A DNA stretch of 64,000 bases from Callorhinchus milii (lineage: Eukaryota). Below, piece after piece: positions 38,569 through 50,805 of the stretch; position 1 is the stretch's first letter; each line of letters begins with the position of its first letter. Below the pieces are notes generated by a model. The model did not search any database. It was given only the letters and a program-made list of their open reading frames with translations, and was not told the DNA's origin. The stretch is from the NCBI RefSeq assembly GCF_018977255.1, contig NW_024704742.1, forward strand, positions 3,536,001 to 3,600,000. Direction: 5' to 3'. The position numbers were made by a program, and so were the translations under genes.

Positions 38569-39634
38569 AAACGCCACAAATTGTATAATAGATGAGGTAC
38601 GAGACGATGGTTCAGCAATTTAAGTGAAAGGCAATAATTGCACAATATTGGCAGGAGGAAACGGCAGGTTAGTCATCAATCTGTACACAATTATTTGCAG
38701 ATAAACGAAAGGAAAGTACAAAAGCTAGAAATTTGAAGAAAAAGAAAAGAAAAATGCCAGAAATACTCAGGGGGCTGACAGACTAACGTTTCCCCAGAAC
38801 AGTCGTTCTCAGGCTGGCTGGAGATTTTTTTTGTTTAATAGAGCAACAGAGGTTTAAAGGGAGCAGGGCCCAGTAGCGACAACAGAATTGCAGACTGAAC
38901 GCTTCCACGGGTATGAGGTTAGGGATAATGAGAAGGATAAGATTACATTGAGGACAGTAAATTGTGGTGTGTTTCAAGGCATTAAACTTGACAGTGTAAG
39001 TGATTGCTGATTTTACTCTTCATCACATTCTTTGCTTGAGCGTGGCTGGAAAAGCCAAGTGTGAGTCTGGAAGTCCTGGGGTGACAGAAAGCCATAACTT
39101 TTGATTTACAAGGCACTGAAATGATTTCCCCCGAGTACACGTTTTTAAGCCTACGGACACAAGTGAGGCAGCGCATGCTGGAAGATTGGTGGGAGCAATG
39201 TAACCAGCTCGTTCCTAATGTCCCGGCACGCAGATGAAACACGCCGACCCTTTGAGAACAGATGAAAATAAATGTGAACAGTCCATGCTCGAGTGTCAGC
39301 TATTCGTATCAGCACTTACACGGGAAGGGAAAGGCATATCTGATTGCAATAACAAGACGCGATTCCGAGTACAGTGGTATGTATCAATCTACTGCACCTC
39401 AGAGACAATTGTGGTGTGTCCAGTAGAGGTCACGACTACATTGCGCTTTCTAGGCTGCACAGTCACGACAGTATATCCTGTGAAGCGGTTTGACATCTCA
39501 AGAGGATGGGTGCTTTGTCAAATGTAAGGGTTTTTATTACAGCTTTTCCCAGAGCCGTGGCCCCGGCCTTCATTAACACAGCTGCCTTTCGTTCTCCTCC
39601 TGCTCCGCAGTGATGCCAACATCCATTGGCAATA

Positions 39635-40035
39635 ATAACAACAATATAATGATCCTTTCGTTTGGTACAGCGCCTGGGAGGAAGTCCGATGGAGGACTCA
39701 CTGTGAAGTGGGCTGACTGCGTATTTTGTAGGCGAACGAGGCAGCTGAATTGCCTGTATCAATGTCCCACAGAAAGCCATGAAGTGAATGACCAATGTTA
39801 TTTGGGAAGATTGTTGGCCAGGACCCTGGGAGAAACTCCCTTCTTTTTTTTCCGAATGGTGCCATGGGATGTATAAAGTCCACCTGAACAGGTAGGCGGG
39901 ACCTCAGTTTAACGTCACATCCGAAGGATGGTACCTCTCACGATGTAATGCACCCCAGCACTGCACTGGAGTGTTAGAGAATGACAATGAGTTCAAGTCC
40001 GAACCTGGGGCTTCAATCCACAACCTTCTGACACA
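39635..40035 (-). mobile_element. Deu-domain SINE family B, near full length
   Basis: TTGGCCAGGACCCTGGGAGAAACTCCC...GGTGCCATGGGAT...CCCCAGCACTGCACTGGAGTGT...CACAACCTTCTGAC. Confidence 0.85.
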
Positions 40036-43000
40036 ACAGTGTCACGAGATCCCTGTTTTTGTCCACAAAGCATGGCAGGTTCCTCTGGCGTCAGAGGTGA
40101 GTCCAATGGTGCTGATGTTACAAAAGCCCAAAATAGGATGGTTATATCCGGGTGTAACAGTTGGCTCCATTGGTGGTCTTGCTTCACAGGTGCAAAACAT
40201 TTAATACTGGACTAAATCCTTATTGGAAAATATGACTTGGCATTAAAAAAGTATAGACACATTTTTAGAAAAAAAAACCCAGGTCTGGTATTTTCCACAT
40301 TGATGCTAAGTCGGCAGAAAAGATTGCCAGCACTCGGAAAACAACACGCTTATGTGCACGTAGTAGGGCTGTGCGTATCTGTGCTTACGGTAGATAGCGA
40401 ACGAACAGGCGGAAGGTGGGTGGGGGGGGAATAGTCATATCAGGTTTGTAAAGATCTGAGCTATCTCCAGATGGTCAGCATTGCCTTCTCCTCTCGCCCC
40501 CTCCTCACTGAAAGAAAAATCTCCAATTTCCTCGCTGGTTAATAAAATGCGGTGGATTATTGGGGTTTGCCGATTAATCATCTTCTAATGAATTGATAAC
40601 TGGTTTCGTTACGCGTGCACATAATTTGGGTTCCACTTTTTTGTGTCTTGTTTGGAAAAGGTGCTTAAAAGGAACATTTGGGCTCACGCGGGAGAGCTGC
40701 AGAGTCTGTGTTGGAATTTCAGATGTTGATCGATAACCGGTGAGAACTCTTCTTCCCCTCGAATTTGGCAGTGGCTTGGCACAGAACCTTAGCGACCCCA
40801 ACCTTCACTCCATCGGCCATTGTTGCTTTCAATCACAGAGAATGGTGTTTTGCCGCTGTTTCGTTGTGGGTCTGGTTTAATAGTAGCGCTCTCGGTTCGG
40901 ATGAGACTTTTAAGCCGAGGTACCGGTCTGCCTGTTCAGACGGACGTTAAAGATCCCATGGCACTATTCGAAACGAGAAGGCAGTTTCTCCGTTACGAGG
41001 AAGTCCAACCTATCGCAGGTCCTTAGATAACCCTCGCACAAGAAGAATTAATTCTCCCCAGGTAACATATGCTGCTGTGCATCTGCTTTCTGGACTGACA
41101 AGCAGATCACGATCAGGGGAAATCTTCATTTTACTGGAAGTCACAAGATAACAAGAGCAGTTCGGATGAAGAGAGCCCATTTGATCTAATCTTTCCAGAA
41201 TACCCTCCCTATTTCTCATCCCTTACAGCACCAGATCGTTCACTGTGACCCGGCCAACACCCCTCCAATAAAATCTGTCCTTCGCTCCATGGCTGTTTGT
41301 GGGGCATTGCTGTGTACAAATTGGCTGCCGCATTTGCCCACGAAATACCCACAGTCACATCGCTTTCCATTATGTCCTACGAAGTGCTTTGAGACATCTC
41401 GACAACATGAGGATTATTATTACTATTAGGCACGGATCAGCAATGTGCATAGCAAAGCACCAAAGGTTGATTGAGCAAAACTACACTTCGTAAGTCAACA
41501 TATCAAAGGCTTCACACTCTGAAGGTTAAATTTCTTTCCTTTCAACTTCTCGGTTTCTCTTCCGATCGAAGCGGATACCAAGGTTTGTTGTGGCTGCACA
41601 GAGTAGGTCGGGAGATGAAAACACTCCCAAAGTTCCCTCGATTCGCAGAAGTACGACAGAGGCTAAGCTCAGCTCTGGCTTACCAGAATAAGTCACTCAG
41701 ATCAAAATGAAAGTTCCACTTCACAGCCGTTTTAAAGGACTGCTACTGCTACATTAGCATAAGTCTTCGGCTCCTGATGCAATTTCTGACCACAAATATA
41801 AAATGTATCAAATGTACTTATCGTGAAGAAAGCAATTATTTTGATTACGTACCATATACAATGCAATTCTTAATTTATTTACTGTGAGCAAAGCAATTGC
41901 TCTCGATCCCAGTTCTCCCAAACCAAATTCTAGATAGATATCTAGGGGCACTGTTCCATGGGACCATAAAAATTTACAGCACAAGAGGAGGCCTATCTGA
42001 CCTATCATGCCTGTGCTGGCTCGCTGAGAGAGTTCCACTCTCCTGATCTTTTCCTATACTTCCAATGAAAACCTCCGTATTAAATCACACTGACCTAAAA
42101 CGAGGGATTCGCATCCAAGATTCACACACGAATCATAAATGTTGGATCCTAACACTACCCGGATATGCGTCACGTAGATCCGACTATGGAGTGAAGTTCC
42201 CGCAAGCCGGTATGATGCACATCCAGTTCGATTCCTCCGAAAGTCCAGGTTGCGAGTGATGTATTTTTGATTTCACTGCCTTATTGCAACCATTCTGTAA
42301 AACTTAATTTCCTTGACGGATCTCAATTTCGACGACAGCTCGCATCCAGTGTCAATCTACCCTGAACCCACAACCTTCTGACTCAGAAGCGAGAGTGTTA
42401 CCCAAATCAGTCAGGCTGACACCCTGGTAACAATAATAATAATTATAATTTCCAAGCAGCTGAAAAATAATCTGCTAAGATAAATTGGCATCCATCATTG
42501 GCAACTTTCGTGAAACTGATCAGTCTTGAAATCTCCCCGGCACAATGATTTATATTATAACATGGCAGAGAACTCCCCGGCGGTATGTCTGATCAGGACT
42601 TCTTTAACTCTATGGATTTTGAGGATCAACTTTGAGTTCAATATGCTGGAAGTGGCACGATCAACTATTTAGCTTTACGTAATATTCTGCGTTTTAAGGT
42701 AACAGGTGCTCCCAAAACCAGAAAGCAAAGCAAACTGCTTGCAGTTCTCCCTTTTCTCTAATGTCTGCTGGATTTCGACGTTGACAGTGTGGGCTCGAGC
42801 TATCCGTCCCACCTTGAGTGTAGCTCCAAAGTTATGTTTTCATCCGTTTTATCACCCCGCTCCTCCTGTAAAGCCCAACTGAACATCAGAACTTAGCGAG
42901 GCAGAATTGTGTGCGCAAACCTGTGCCCCATAAATCTGTTGGCCAAACCTTTTGCACAGTAACGAGCTGTGCCACAAAAGTGCTGCTTGCCAGCTTTCAG

Positions 43001-43529
43001 AAGCTCTGTGTTGTCCTGCCAGACGTTGTGGCTGAACGTGTGTTGTGCAGACTGTTTACAAAGTGCCAAAATGTCATCACGCATAGCCTGAGCATCGGGC
43101 TGGACATGCACAGCATCCAACGCACAGCAGCAACCCCCTGGAGATTGTGCGATTGCCCAAGTCTGTTAGCAAGGAACAAAATCAACGGTGCAGATGGTCT
43201 GGGGGTGGGTAGGGGAGTTTGTTGTGGAGAGTTTGTGGACAAGGGCTGTTCCTGGAATAGTCAGGAATAACTGGCTATAAACATCGGAATGCCCAGCTAC
43301 CAGGTTGGCTACGATGGTTAAAAAAAGGTTATCTGCCGCAACTCTAACTTGTTGATGGCCTTTAGTAAAACATAAAAAATCCACATTGCGAGTGTCTTCC
43401 TGAACCCCTTCGCTTTTTTTGTAACTAGGTCAAAGGATTTGCGAGACACTCAACCTTAAATGGTGTAGCTTCCCCCACCCCCCCCCCCCCCCACCGACAC
43501 CTACCTTGAACGTAGCAAATGCTCCAGAC

Positions 43530-43774
43530 CAGTGGTGGACAATTTTTATGGTCGGCCAACAAAACAAATGTTCTTGATTGAATATTTCTTGATCGATGCC
43601 GTAAGAAATGTTCAATCAAGAAAAAACTGAAAGCTCACTAGCGATTGAACTTGGACTTACCTAGTTGTGTGAATGTTTTTTTTGTGTGGGGGTGGGGGGG
43701 GGGGGGGGGGGGACGCTTCTTGATTGGCCCCGTGGGCCACTTCAGGCCCACGGGCCACAGTTTGACCACCGCTG
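43530..43774. mobile_element. hAT/Charlie-like non-autonomous DNA transposon (MITE)
   Basis: Imperfect TIRs CAGTGGTGGACAA / TTGACCACCGCTG, subterminal GGCCCCGTGGGCC and GGCCCACGGGCC palindromes typical of Charlie-type MITEs, and an internal 20-bp hairpin. No matching 8-bp TSD. Confidence 0.65.
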
Positions 43775-44175
43775 TGCCAATGATTATGAGCTTGTGAGCA
43801 ACTTTTACATTTCTTTCATTTTATTGTTATTTTGTTAGCTTTGTTAGTTTTTTTTAAAAAAACACTTAAAGATTGTGTGCATAAGTGGCTGAAGGTTTTC
43901 AAACCTGAGTTATAACCTGAGAAATAAATCTAGTTGTCAACTCACCGAGGCTGACCGATTAATGACTATTTGGAGCTTACTTTCTCGATGACGTAAAGCC
44001 ATGCCTTACACGCCAGAAAGTTGGATGTTCTAATGCAGTCAGGGCTAATTATTACAACCGAACAGGACCTCAGCTTAACGTCTCATCCAAAGGGCAGAAT
44101 CTCCAACAGTGCCCCATTCCCCCTCAGTACAGTTGTAGGTTCAAACCGCACATTGGTCTTAGAACTCTCACTTAG

Positions 44176-44521
44176 TAATAATAATCCTTGCATTTGATAT
44201 AGCGCCTTATCACGTCTTTGAGACATCTCAAAGTCTTCTCGGAATATTGTGTATTGACTGTATAATTTGTGGGCGAAACGCGACAGCCAATTGCGCACAG
44301 CAGTGTCCCACAAACAGTGGTGGATGGAAGTGACCAAGTTATTTTTTTCTTTTGCAGGAATTATTACCCCCCAGAAAAGCGATCCACTAATCGACTGACA
44401 ACTGATTTCCCGACTGCTAGGTAAACAGATGTGTGGAGTAAGGAAAGTTGCCCAACCTTTTGCCCTGCCCAGGATCGAGCCCAGGTCTCTCACTTATGAG
44501 GCGAACGCTCTCATCACTGAG
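44176..44521 (-). mobile_element. SINE family A, near full length
   Basis: Aligns to 35653-36030 in reverse orientation. Confidence 0.9.
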
Positions 44522-45644
44522 AAAAATCCAAGTATTGTGACATCTAAATCTAACCTTTAGAATTACAGAAGAACATACTATTAAACCCCCCCCCCCGCCC
44601 CCCCCGAAAAATAAGCTTACCATCATCACAAAAAGGTGAAAACATTTGAAAATAAAAATTAGATAGAAATTACAATTTCAAGTTGCAGATTTAACTACAA
44701 TTGAGAGCACAAATTTGCTATTGCAAAGTTGTGCATTCCACGTTTAAAACAGAACCGACAGTTGTTTTAGACTTAAGAGATAAAATACTTAAGATACTTA
44801 TCATTGTTGTCTGATGGCACAAAGATTTTGTTTCCCCCCCAGTTGTTCAATCGATGGGGGTTTCCTTTCCTTTCATAAATGAGGTCGTGAACCAATTTCT
44901 TAAAATTGCGGCCTTCATACATCATGTCGAAGAGCATTTATGTTGTATCAAAGATCAATAACAACATTCTCCAAATTATTACCAGATAACCCACAGCAAG
45001 ACCGGCTGCCTTTGCACCAGAGCTGCTCTTCAAGCGTATCAAAACAGCTGGCGGTCGGCAATTCGCGGTAAAAGACAATTTCTCATCTTGGAAAAATATC
45101 CAGAATATGTGGCGAACTGATTTAGTGCTCTGAGGAACCTGCGTGGGGCTGGCGTGAGCTCAAAAACTGATTTAAGCAACTGAAAACAGAAGGGAAAGAA
45201 ATAAAAGGCAGCACTTTGGGACTTACGTTGTTTGTCACACGGATCACGCCTAACTACTTTGATGTGGGGACCGGCTTCATTGTTAATAGTTACCAGCGAC
45301 CGATAGAGTAATCAAATGTTACGTCCTAAGTGTGATACAATTAAGAAAATAACATTCCACAAAACGGAAACATATGTGCAACGCACGACTGTTCATTGAT
45401 ACAGCATTAAATATAATTGCTGTGTAACTATTGCCTTGAAAACAACTGTCGGCCTTAATTTTTGCCAAGGTCGTCTTGAACGATGCCCATCTCCTGGAGA
45501 TTTAAACTCCTCTTGTTTAGATGACATGAATGGAGTTCCAGCGAACAGCAAAGCAAAGATTTGCTATCATGAAACATTTATCCTACCAGAGGTTTGTTAT
45601 GGTGAGGTTCAGCCGCGACGAACAAAGGGAACTCAAATTTTTAT

Positions 45645-45855
45645 AGTTGCGTTAAAATGTCTCAAAGCGCTCCACCAGGAATTGCCGTTTGTTTGTTCCA
45701 CGCAAACATGTGACGTCTCGCAAACAGTCGTGAAGCGAATGACCAAATAATCTGGAAGATTGTTGCCCAAGACGAATGGAGAAACTCCCTTCTCGGTTCA
45801 TGTAATGTCCTTGGGAATTTTTTTTTACAACCAAACAGGACCCCGGTTTAATATC
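45645..45855 (-). mobile_element. Deu-domain SINE family B fragment
   Basis: GATTGTTGCCCAAGAC...GGAGAAACTCCCTTCTC...GGACCCCGGTTTAA. Confidence 0.65.
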
Positions 45856-45864
45856 CCCGTGAGC

Positions 45865-46105
45865 CTATCACCCTCATGCTTGCCCGGCTTCACTGGCTCC
45901 CCATCCCCTGGAGGATCGAGTCTCAAATCATTGTCCTCCACCTTTAAAGCCCTCGTGATTTTGCTCCTCCCTACCTCTGTGACCTCCTAAAACCCTACCA
46001 ACCTGTCCACTCCCTTCGCTCAGCGGGTCTGGCCTGCTCCACATGCCCCAGCTCTGCCCGCCCCACCATCGGTGGATTTTAGCCTTTCTGACCCCACCCA
46101 CCTCG
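45865..46105 (+). mobile_element. L2 ORF2 C-terminal fragment
   Basis: CCCGGCTTCACTGGCTCCCC (ARLHWLP) ...CCACCATCGGTGG. Confidence 0.75.
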
Positions 46106-46944
46106 AAGCCCTTCCCCTTGACTGTGTCTAAAAAAAGAAAATTTTGGTCACTCAATCCATGATAGTTTGCGGGTCACTGCTGTGCGCAATTGTCTGCTGT
46201 GTTTCGGCCCTAAAATACGCAGTCACTCCACTGTACTGTGAAGCGCTTTGCGACATCTCAATGACGTGATAAGGCGCTGTATCAAATGCGAGGATTATTA
46301 TTATTATTGATAATAATAAAAGTGGCAGCGAGCAATGGCAGATTCCCTGCGTTGTTTACCTGTGCACCTCGAATGCTTCGAACGCCAGCCTGTCCAATCA
46401 TGCTGATTATCTGCACGCCACTGGCCGGGAATAAACTCATGGGGTTCATGAAAAGGATGGGATGTAAATGCTTGAGTTTCCACGTCATTTATCAATCGGC
46501 CCTGACACTCCGAGAATGAGCGCGTTCTTTCAAGAGTCACTTTGTCAAACCTACACCTTCCTCGACGGAAGATACAAAGGCCATGAAACCACAAATAATG
46601 ACAGTACAGTACGTCGGTATTAATGGACTCTGGGCAGAGTACCCTGATGAATTGAAGGCAGGTTAGACAATTGAAAGATGAGTCTATGCATCAGCTCTGT
46701 TAATCATCCGCCTTCTCAGGTCTGGGAGACAGTGTACCGCTGATACTCAATCACAGCACTTCACTGTTTAGGTTTTTTTTTGTTATTTGGTACAGTATAC
46801 ACAAGCTTGATTCATTGGCTGTGCTTGGCGAGCAATACTTTTGGATGCACCCAGACTGCAGAACAAGAGCAATAATAATAATAACAATCATAAAATAACA
46901 ATAGTAATCCTTGCATTTGATTATCACGTCGTTGAGAAATCTCA

Positions 46945-47190
46945 AAGCACATAAGTTTAGAGTTGCAAAGGGCAATTTCAGGACAGACACCAGGAAGCGT
47001 TTCTTTACACAGAGGATAATTAACGATGGGCACAGATTGCCAGGAAGGATGGTTGAGGCCAGGCCACTAGACTCACTTAAAAAAAAACAGCCTGATGCTT
47101 TGATGGGAGGACAGTAGGTTGGGTATTCTGGAAAGATGAGGTCCGATGGCCTGAAGGACCTTCTCCATCTGTGAAAATCTTGTGATCCCA
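46945..47190 (+). mobile_element. CR1 3' fragment
   Basis: HKFRVAKGNFRTDTRKRFFTQRIIN...LPGRMVEA followed by 3' UTR. Confidence 0.88.
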
Positions 47191-47199
47191 ATCGTACTT

Positions 47200-47540
47200 T
47201 ATCCACTCCCTGAGCTCGATAGGGAATGGCCTGCTCCATGCCCCCCGCCCTGCCCACCCCACCATCGGCGATCGGGCCTTCAGCCTTTCTGCACCCACAA
47301 TTTGGAACTCCATCCCACCTTCCATTCACCTCAATCCCTCCCTTACCTCCTCCAAGGCACCTCTCAAGTCCTTCCTCTTTGACCACGTCTTCGTGGTCAC
47401 CCTCCTATTCCTACCCTCCCGGCCCTCCGCCCCTCCTGATGCCAACCCCCAGTTCGGGTCCAAACTCTTGACTGTTTAGCACCTTTGGACGTCCTCCCTA
47501 CATGAAAGGCGCTATACAAATGTAATTTGCTGTTGTTGTA
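47200..47540 (+). mobile_element. L2 3' fragment with tail
   Basis: CCACCATCGGCGATCGGGCCTTCAGC...GGACGTCCTCCC...GGCGCTATACAAATGTAATTTGCTGTTG. Confidence 0.85.
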
Positions 47541-47659
47541 CCTGTGCAAGGCCCCCCACGCCGACATGAAAGTTGCTGCACAAGAGATTTTTGGCCGCTG
47601 TTATTTTTATCACGATTAACCCAGCCTCAAAATATACAAATGAGTTTTGCGCTTTGTGT

Positions 47660-48070
47660 AAATAATAATAATAATCCTTGCATTTGGTATAGCGCTTTTC
47701 ACTTCTTCGCAACGTCTCAAAAGCGCTTCACAGAACACACTGCAAAGTGAATTGACTGTATATTTGTGGGCGAAATGTGGCAGCCAATTGCGCACAGCAG
47801 TGTCCCACAAGCAGTCGTGGATTGAAGTGACCAAATTATTATTTTAGGTTTTTGAAGGAATTATTACACCCGGAAAAGCAATCCGCCAATCGACTAACAA
47901 CCGACGAGGTTGGAGTGGCCAGAGCTGAAGCCTCAGGTGTTCCTACGCACTGCTAAGTAAACAGAGGCGCGTGGAGTAAGGAAACTTGCCCAACGTTTCG
48001 CCCCCTGCCCGGGAATCGAACCCAGGTCTCTCGTTTGCGAGGCCTCTAACCACTGAGCTACGGGACTCTC
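47660..48070 (-). mobile_element. SINE family A, full length with a ~35-bp internal insertion
   Basis: Aligns to family A. Extra segment ACGAGGTTGGAGTGGCCAGAGCTGAAGCCTCAGGT near 47904-47938. Confidence 0.9.
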
Positions 48071-48635
48071 GCAATCAAGGTGTTCTGCACAAAAACCGTG
48101 TGGCTTGAATGCGGCTGGGAAGCTTGCCATCAGTTTCAATAGGAACAGAGCACTTCAGAGGAATTTTTACTTTGAAAATAGAATGTACTGAAGATATAAA
48201 AAGATGTGTGGGGGGTGTGTGGGGTGGGGGGGAGAGAGTCAGTCAAATGCAAACCAGTGCAGAATGAGTATTTTATCGAATATAGAAAGAAGGGAACAGG
48301 AAAGGACTATTTGGCCCAGTTAAAAGGGGTTCAACTCTGTAAATCCCTACTCACGTGTCTAATACCTGGAATCATACTTGTTGCATTATTCCTGATCTCT
48401 CTGCAATGCTTTTGATTGTGGCCCCGCACAAGGCTTGAATAACTTCCCTCAACACAATCAACTGGCCTCGAGGAACAACCTAGTATTGATTAACTTTGTT
48501 GACAGGATGATCAAAGTCGAATGCTTTTCCTTCGCATTCTTCCTCTGCTAATGTCCCCGCGTTGTGGCGAGGCCAGCGCCGCGGGAACCAGGAGTTGTCG
48601 GAGAAGAGGAGCAGGAGCAGGACCTGGGAGAGTGC

Positions 48636-48732
48636 CTACCGGAGCTCATACGAGGCGAGAGAGGTGGGGGTGGGGGTGGCGGAGGTGGTGCAGCGGGTTA
48701 AGAGCTCCAGGCACCATTTCAAGATCTCCCGC
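48636..48732 (-). CDS. Candidate exon of unknown gene (REILKWCLELLTRCTTSATPTPTSLASYELR*)
   Basis: Acceptor-like GTTGTTCCAG|G at 48733 and strong third-position G/C bias. No homologue recognised; strand and frame are ambiguous. Confidence 0.2.
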
Positions 48733-48756
48733 CTGGAACAACAGCCGAACCACACC

Positions 48757-48773
48757 CACGTGACGTCACTTCC
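48757..48773 (-). promoter_or_regulatory. Overlapping ETS-CRE motif plus E-box (GGAAGTGACGTCACGTG on the minus strand)
   Basis: Perfect TGACGTCA (48761-48768) overlapped by CACGTG (48757-48762) and ACTTCC (48768-48773), at the edge of a GC/CpG-rich unique island. Confidence 0.4.
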
Positions 48774-48873
48774 CTGCGCCCCTTTTTCAAACCTTCCGTA
48801 GAATCTATCCCCCCAAATGTTTTTTTGTTTGCGTGGTGTGTGTGTGTGTTTTTCCCCCCCCCCCCCCACCCTC

Positions 48874-49030
48874 GACTGTTTGTGGGGACGCTGCTGCCAC
48901 GTTTCCCCCACAAAGTACACAGTCAATCCGCTTTACAGTACGTTCTGTGAAGCGCTTTGAGACGTCTCGAAGAGGTGAAACGCGCTATAGCAAATGCAAG
49001 GATGATTATGATTGTGATTATTATTATTAT
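48874..49030 (+). mobile_element. SINE 3' fragment
   Basis: GACTGTTTGTGGGGAC...AAATGCAAGGATGATTA with a (TTA)n tail. Confidence 0.85.
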
Positions 49031-49354
49031 TAGGGCCAAGACACCGAACTCCTTTAGCTCGTTACCGTGATGGGAAGACGGCAGAGTGGGTATTTAGAAA
49101 GGAACAGATCAAAAGAGCTGCAGGACATTTGCCGTTCGAACCGATCTTGTGATCTTCTCTAAAGATTCCCAGCGGTGAAGCATTTGCACTCGTTTGAAAG
49201 GTACCTGGAACCAGCTTAACGTTATCCATACTGGACTACTTAGATGTGGTCTGCATGCACACGCACCCAACAGCAGTCAAGTCAGCATCTTCGGGTTGTT
49301 TGCCGACGCTCACGACCTTCGACCGCCCGTTAAACAGGAGCTCGTGGCCTTTGA

Positions 49355-49438
49355 CTGCTGGTGAGCGGAAGCTTGATTCATGGCACGAAGCAAGAAATAT
49401 TCAATCAAGAAAATGTATCTTGTTGGCTGACCACACTG
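49355..49438 (-). mobile_element. Partial second copy of the 43530-43774 element
   Basis: Reverse complement TGGTCAGCCAACAAGATACATTTTCTTGATTGAATATTTCTTG aligns with 43549-43591. Confidence 0.7.
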
Positions 49439-49928
49439 CTGCTCGAGGCCATTCAACGCGAAAACTATCATACCAATATCACATGAACTGCGTATCGACC
49501 CTCCCCCCCCGACGCTCCACCCACCCCCACCCACCCCCCCACCACCACCCACCCCACCGATTCCTGCTCGGGGGTGTAGCTCCAGCGTAAACAACTCAGC
49601 TACATAAAATAATCAATCCAGCCAGTGATGAGTGCAACAGACTCAAAAAGCCCAAAAGCTTTGAAAGCTCCTCGCAAAACCTTTTAAAGTAGGTTTAATG
49701 AACGTTTGTTTCATTGCTGTTAAAAAAAAAGGCTCACTTTCATGTTACTTCTAGAAATCTAGCTTTGATCTTCTTTTTAAAAAACTGCATTAAAAAATTA
49801 AACACGTTTTTAATTACTTTTTTTTTAAAAAAAAGTAACTCTCGCTTCAATAAAAGTCCCAGAAGTAAATTATAGAGTCAACACGAGGCTTTCATTGAGA
49901 TATAAAAGTGGACTGTTACCAGCTGGAG

Positions 49929-50805
49929 GTCGCAGCACGGAAACTGCTCTGGCGAAGGTGACAAACGGCATTTTGTCCATCTGTGACCAGGGCTCCTCCT
50001 CGTCCTGTCTGCTGCCTTCGATACCGTGGACCAATCCATCCTCCTCCACCGCCTCTCCTCTCAACCTCCAAGGTTCTGTCCTTGAATGGTTCAGGTCTTA
50101 TCTCTCACACAGTCTCCAATTTGTCTCTGCTAATGGTTTCTCTTTCAGCCCCCGCGCAGTCTCGTGCGGTGTTCCTCAGGGCTCTGGTGCTCGGTCCCCT
50201 CCTCTTCAACCTCTACATGCTCCCCCTTGGTAACATCATCCACAGGCAAGAGGTCAACTCCACATGTACGCAGATGACACTCAACTCTACCTCTCTGCCT
50301 CCACCTTCGATTCCAGGACAACTGCTGTCCTGACAGATTGTCTGTCTGACATCAAGTCCTGGAGGAGAACCATCTTTCTACAGCTGAATGTCAACAAGAC
50401 TGAGGCCTGATTGGCTCGCGCCAGCACCTCCGCACCTCAGGCACTGGCAGCATCAGCATCCACGGATGCACACTCGACCTCACCGAGGCAGTCAGGAACC
50501 TGGGTGTCTTGTTGAACCCTCAACTGTCCTTTCTTCCCCCATATCCATGCCATGACCCCACTCTGCCCCCACTCTTTGGAACTTCACCCCACGATTCCCT
50601 TTGCCTCGCTCCCTCTCTTGCCTCCTTCAAAGCACAACTCAAGACCCTCCTTTTGGACCGTGTCTTCAGCCGCCCTACTACCCCCTCTGCCCTCCGTCAC
50701 CCCAACCCTGTCCCCCACACTCGGGTCCTGATCCATGATTATCCAGCACCTTGGGACGTCCTCCCGACGCGAAAGGAACTTTACAAATGTAATTTTGTTG
50801 TGTTG
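49929..50805 (+). mobile_element. L2-clade LINE fragment: frameshifted ORF2 reverse transcriptase plus 3' UTR/tail
   Basis: Translated pieces STETALAKVTN, SAAFDTVD, GVPQGS, LGPLLFNLYMLPLG, HMYADDTQLY. The 3' end is CAGCACCTTGGGACGTCCTCCCGAC...AAATGTAATTTTGTTG. Confidence 0.93.

Noticed and set aside
42893..43165. Good minus-strand acceptor (TTGTTCCTTGCTAACAG) with open frames
   Set aside because: No strong canonical donor and no recognisable protein in any frame.
46751..47386. 211-aa minus-strand ORF
   Set aside because: It spans adjacent L2, CR1 and SINE fragments and encodes no coherent protein.
48555..48732. Resemblance of the minus-frame peptide to Mab-21/OAS/DZF helical domains or a GPCR helix 8
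   Set aside because: Only a few residues match by eye and several unrelated families fit equally well. Not supportable without a profile search.
43549..49433. Inverted 42-bp matches as TIRs of one 5.9-kb transposon
   Set aside because: The left match lies inside a self-contained 245-bp element with its own TIRs, and no transposase lies between them. Two separate copies explain it better.
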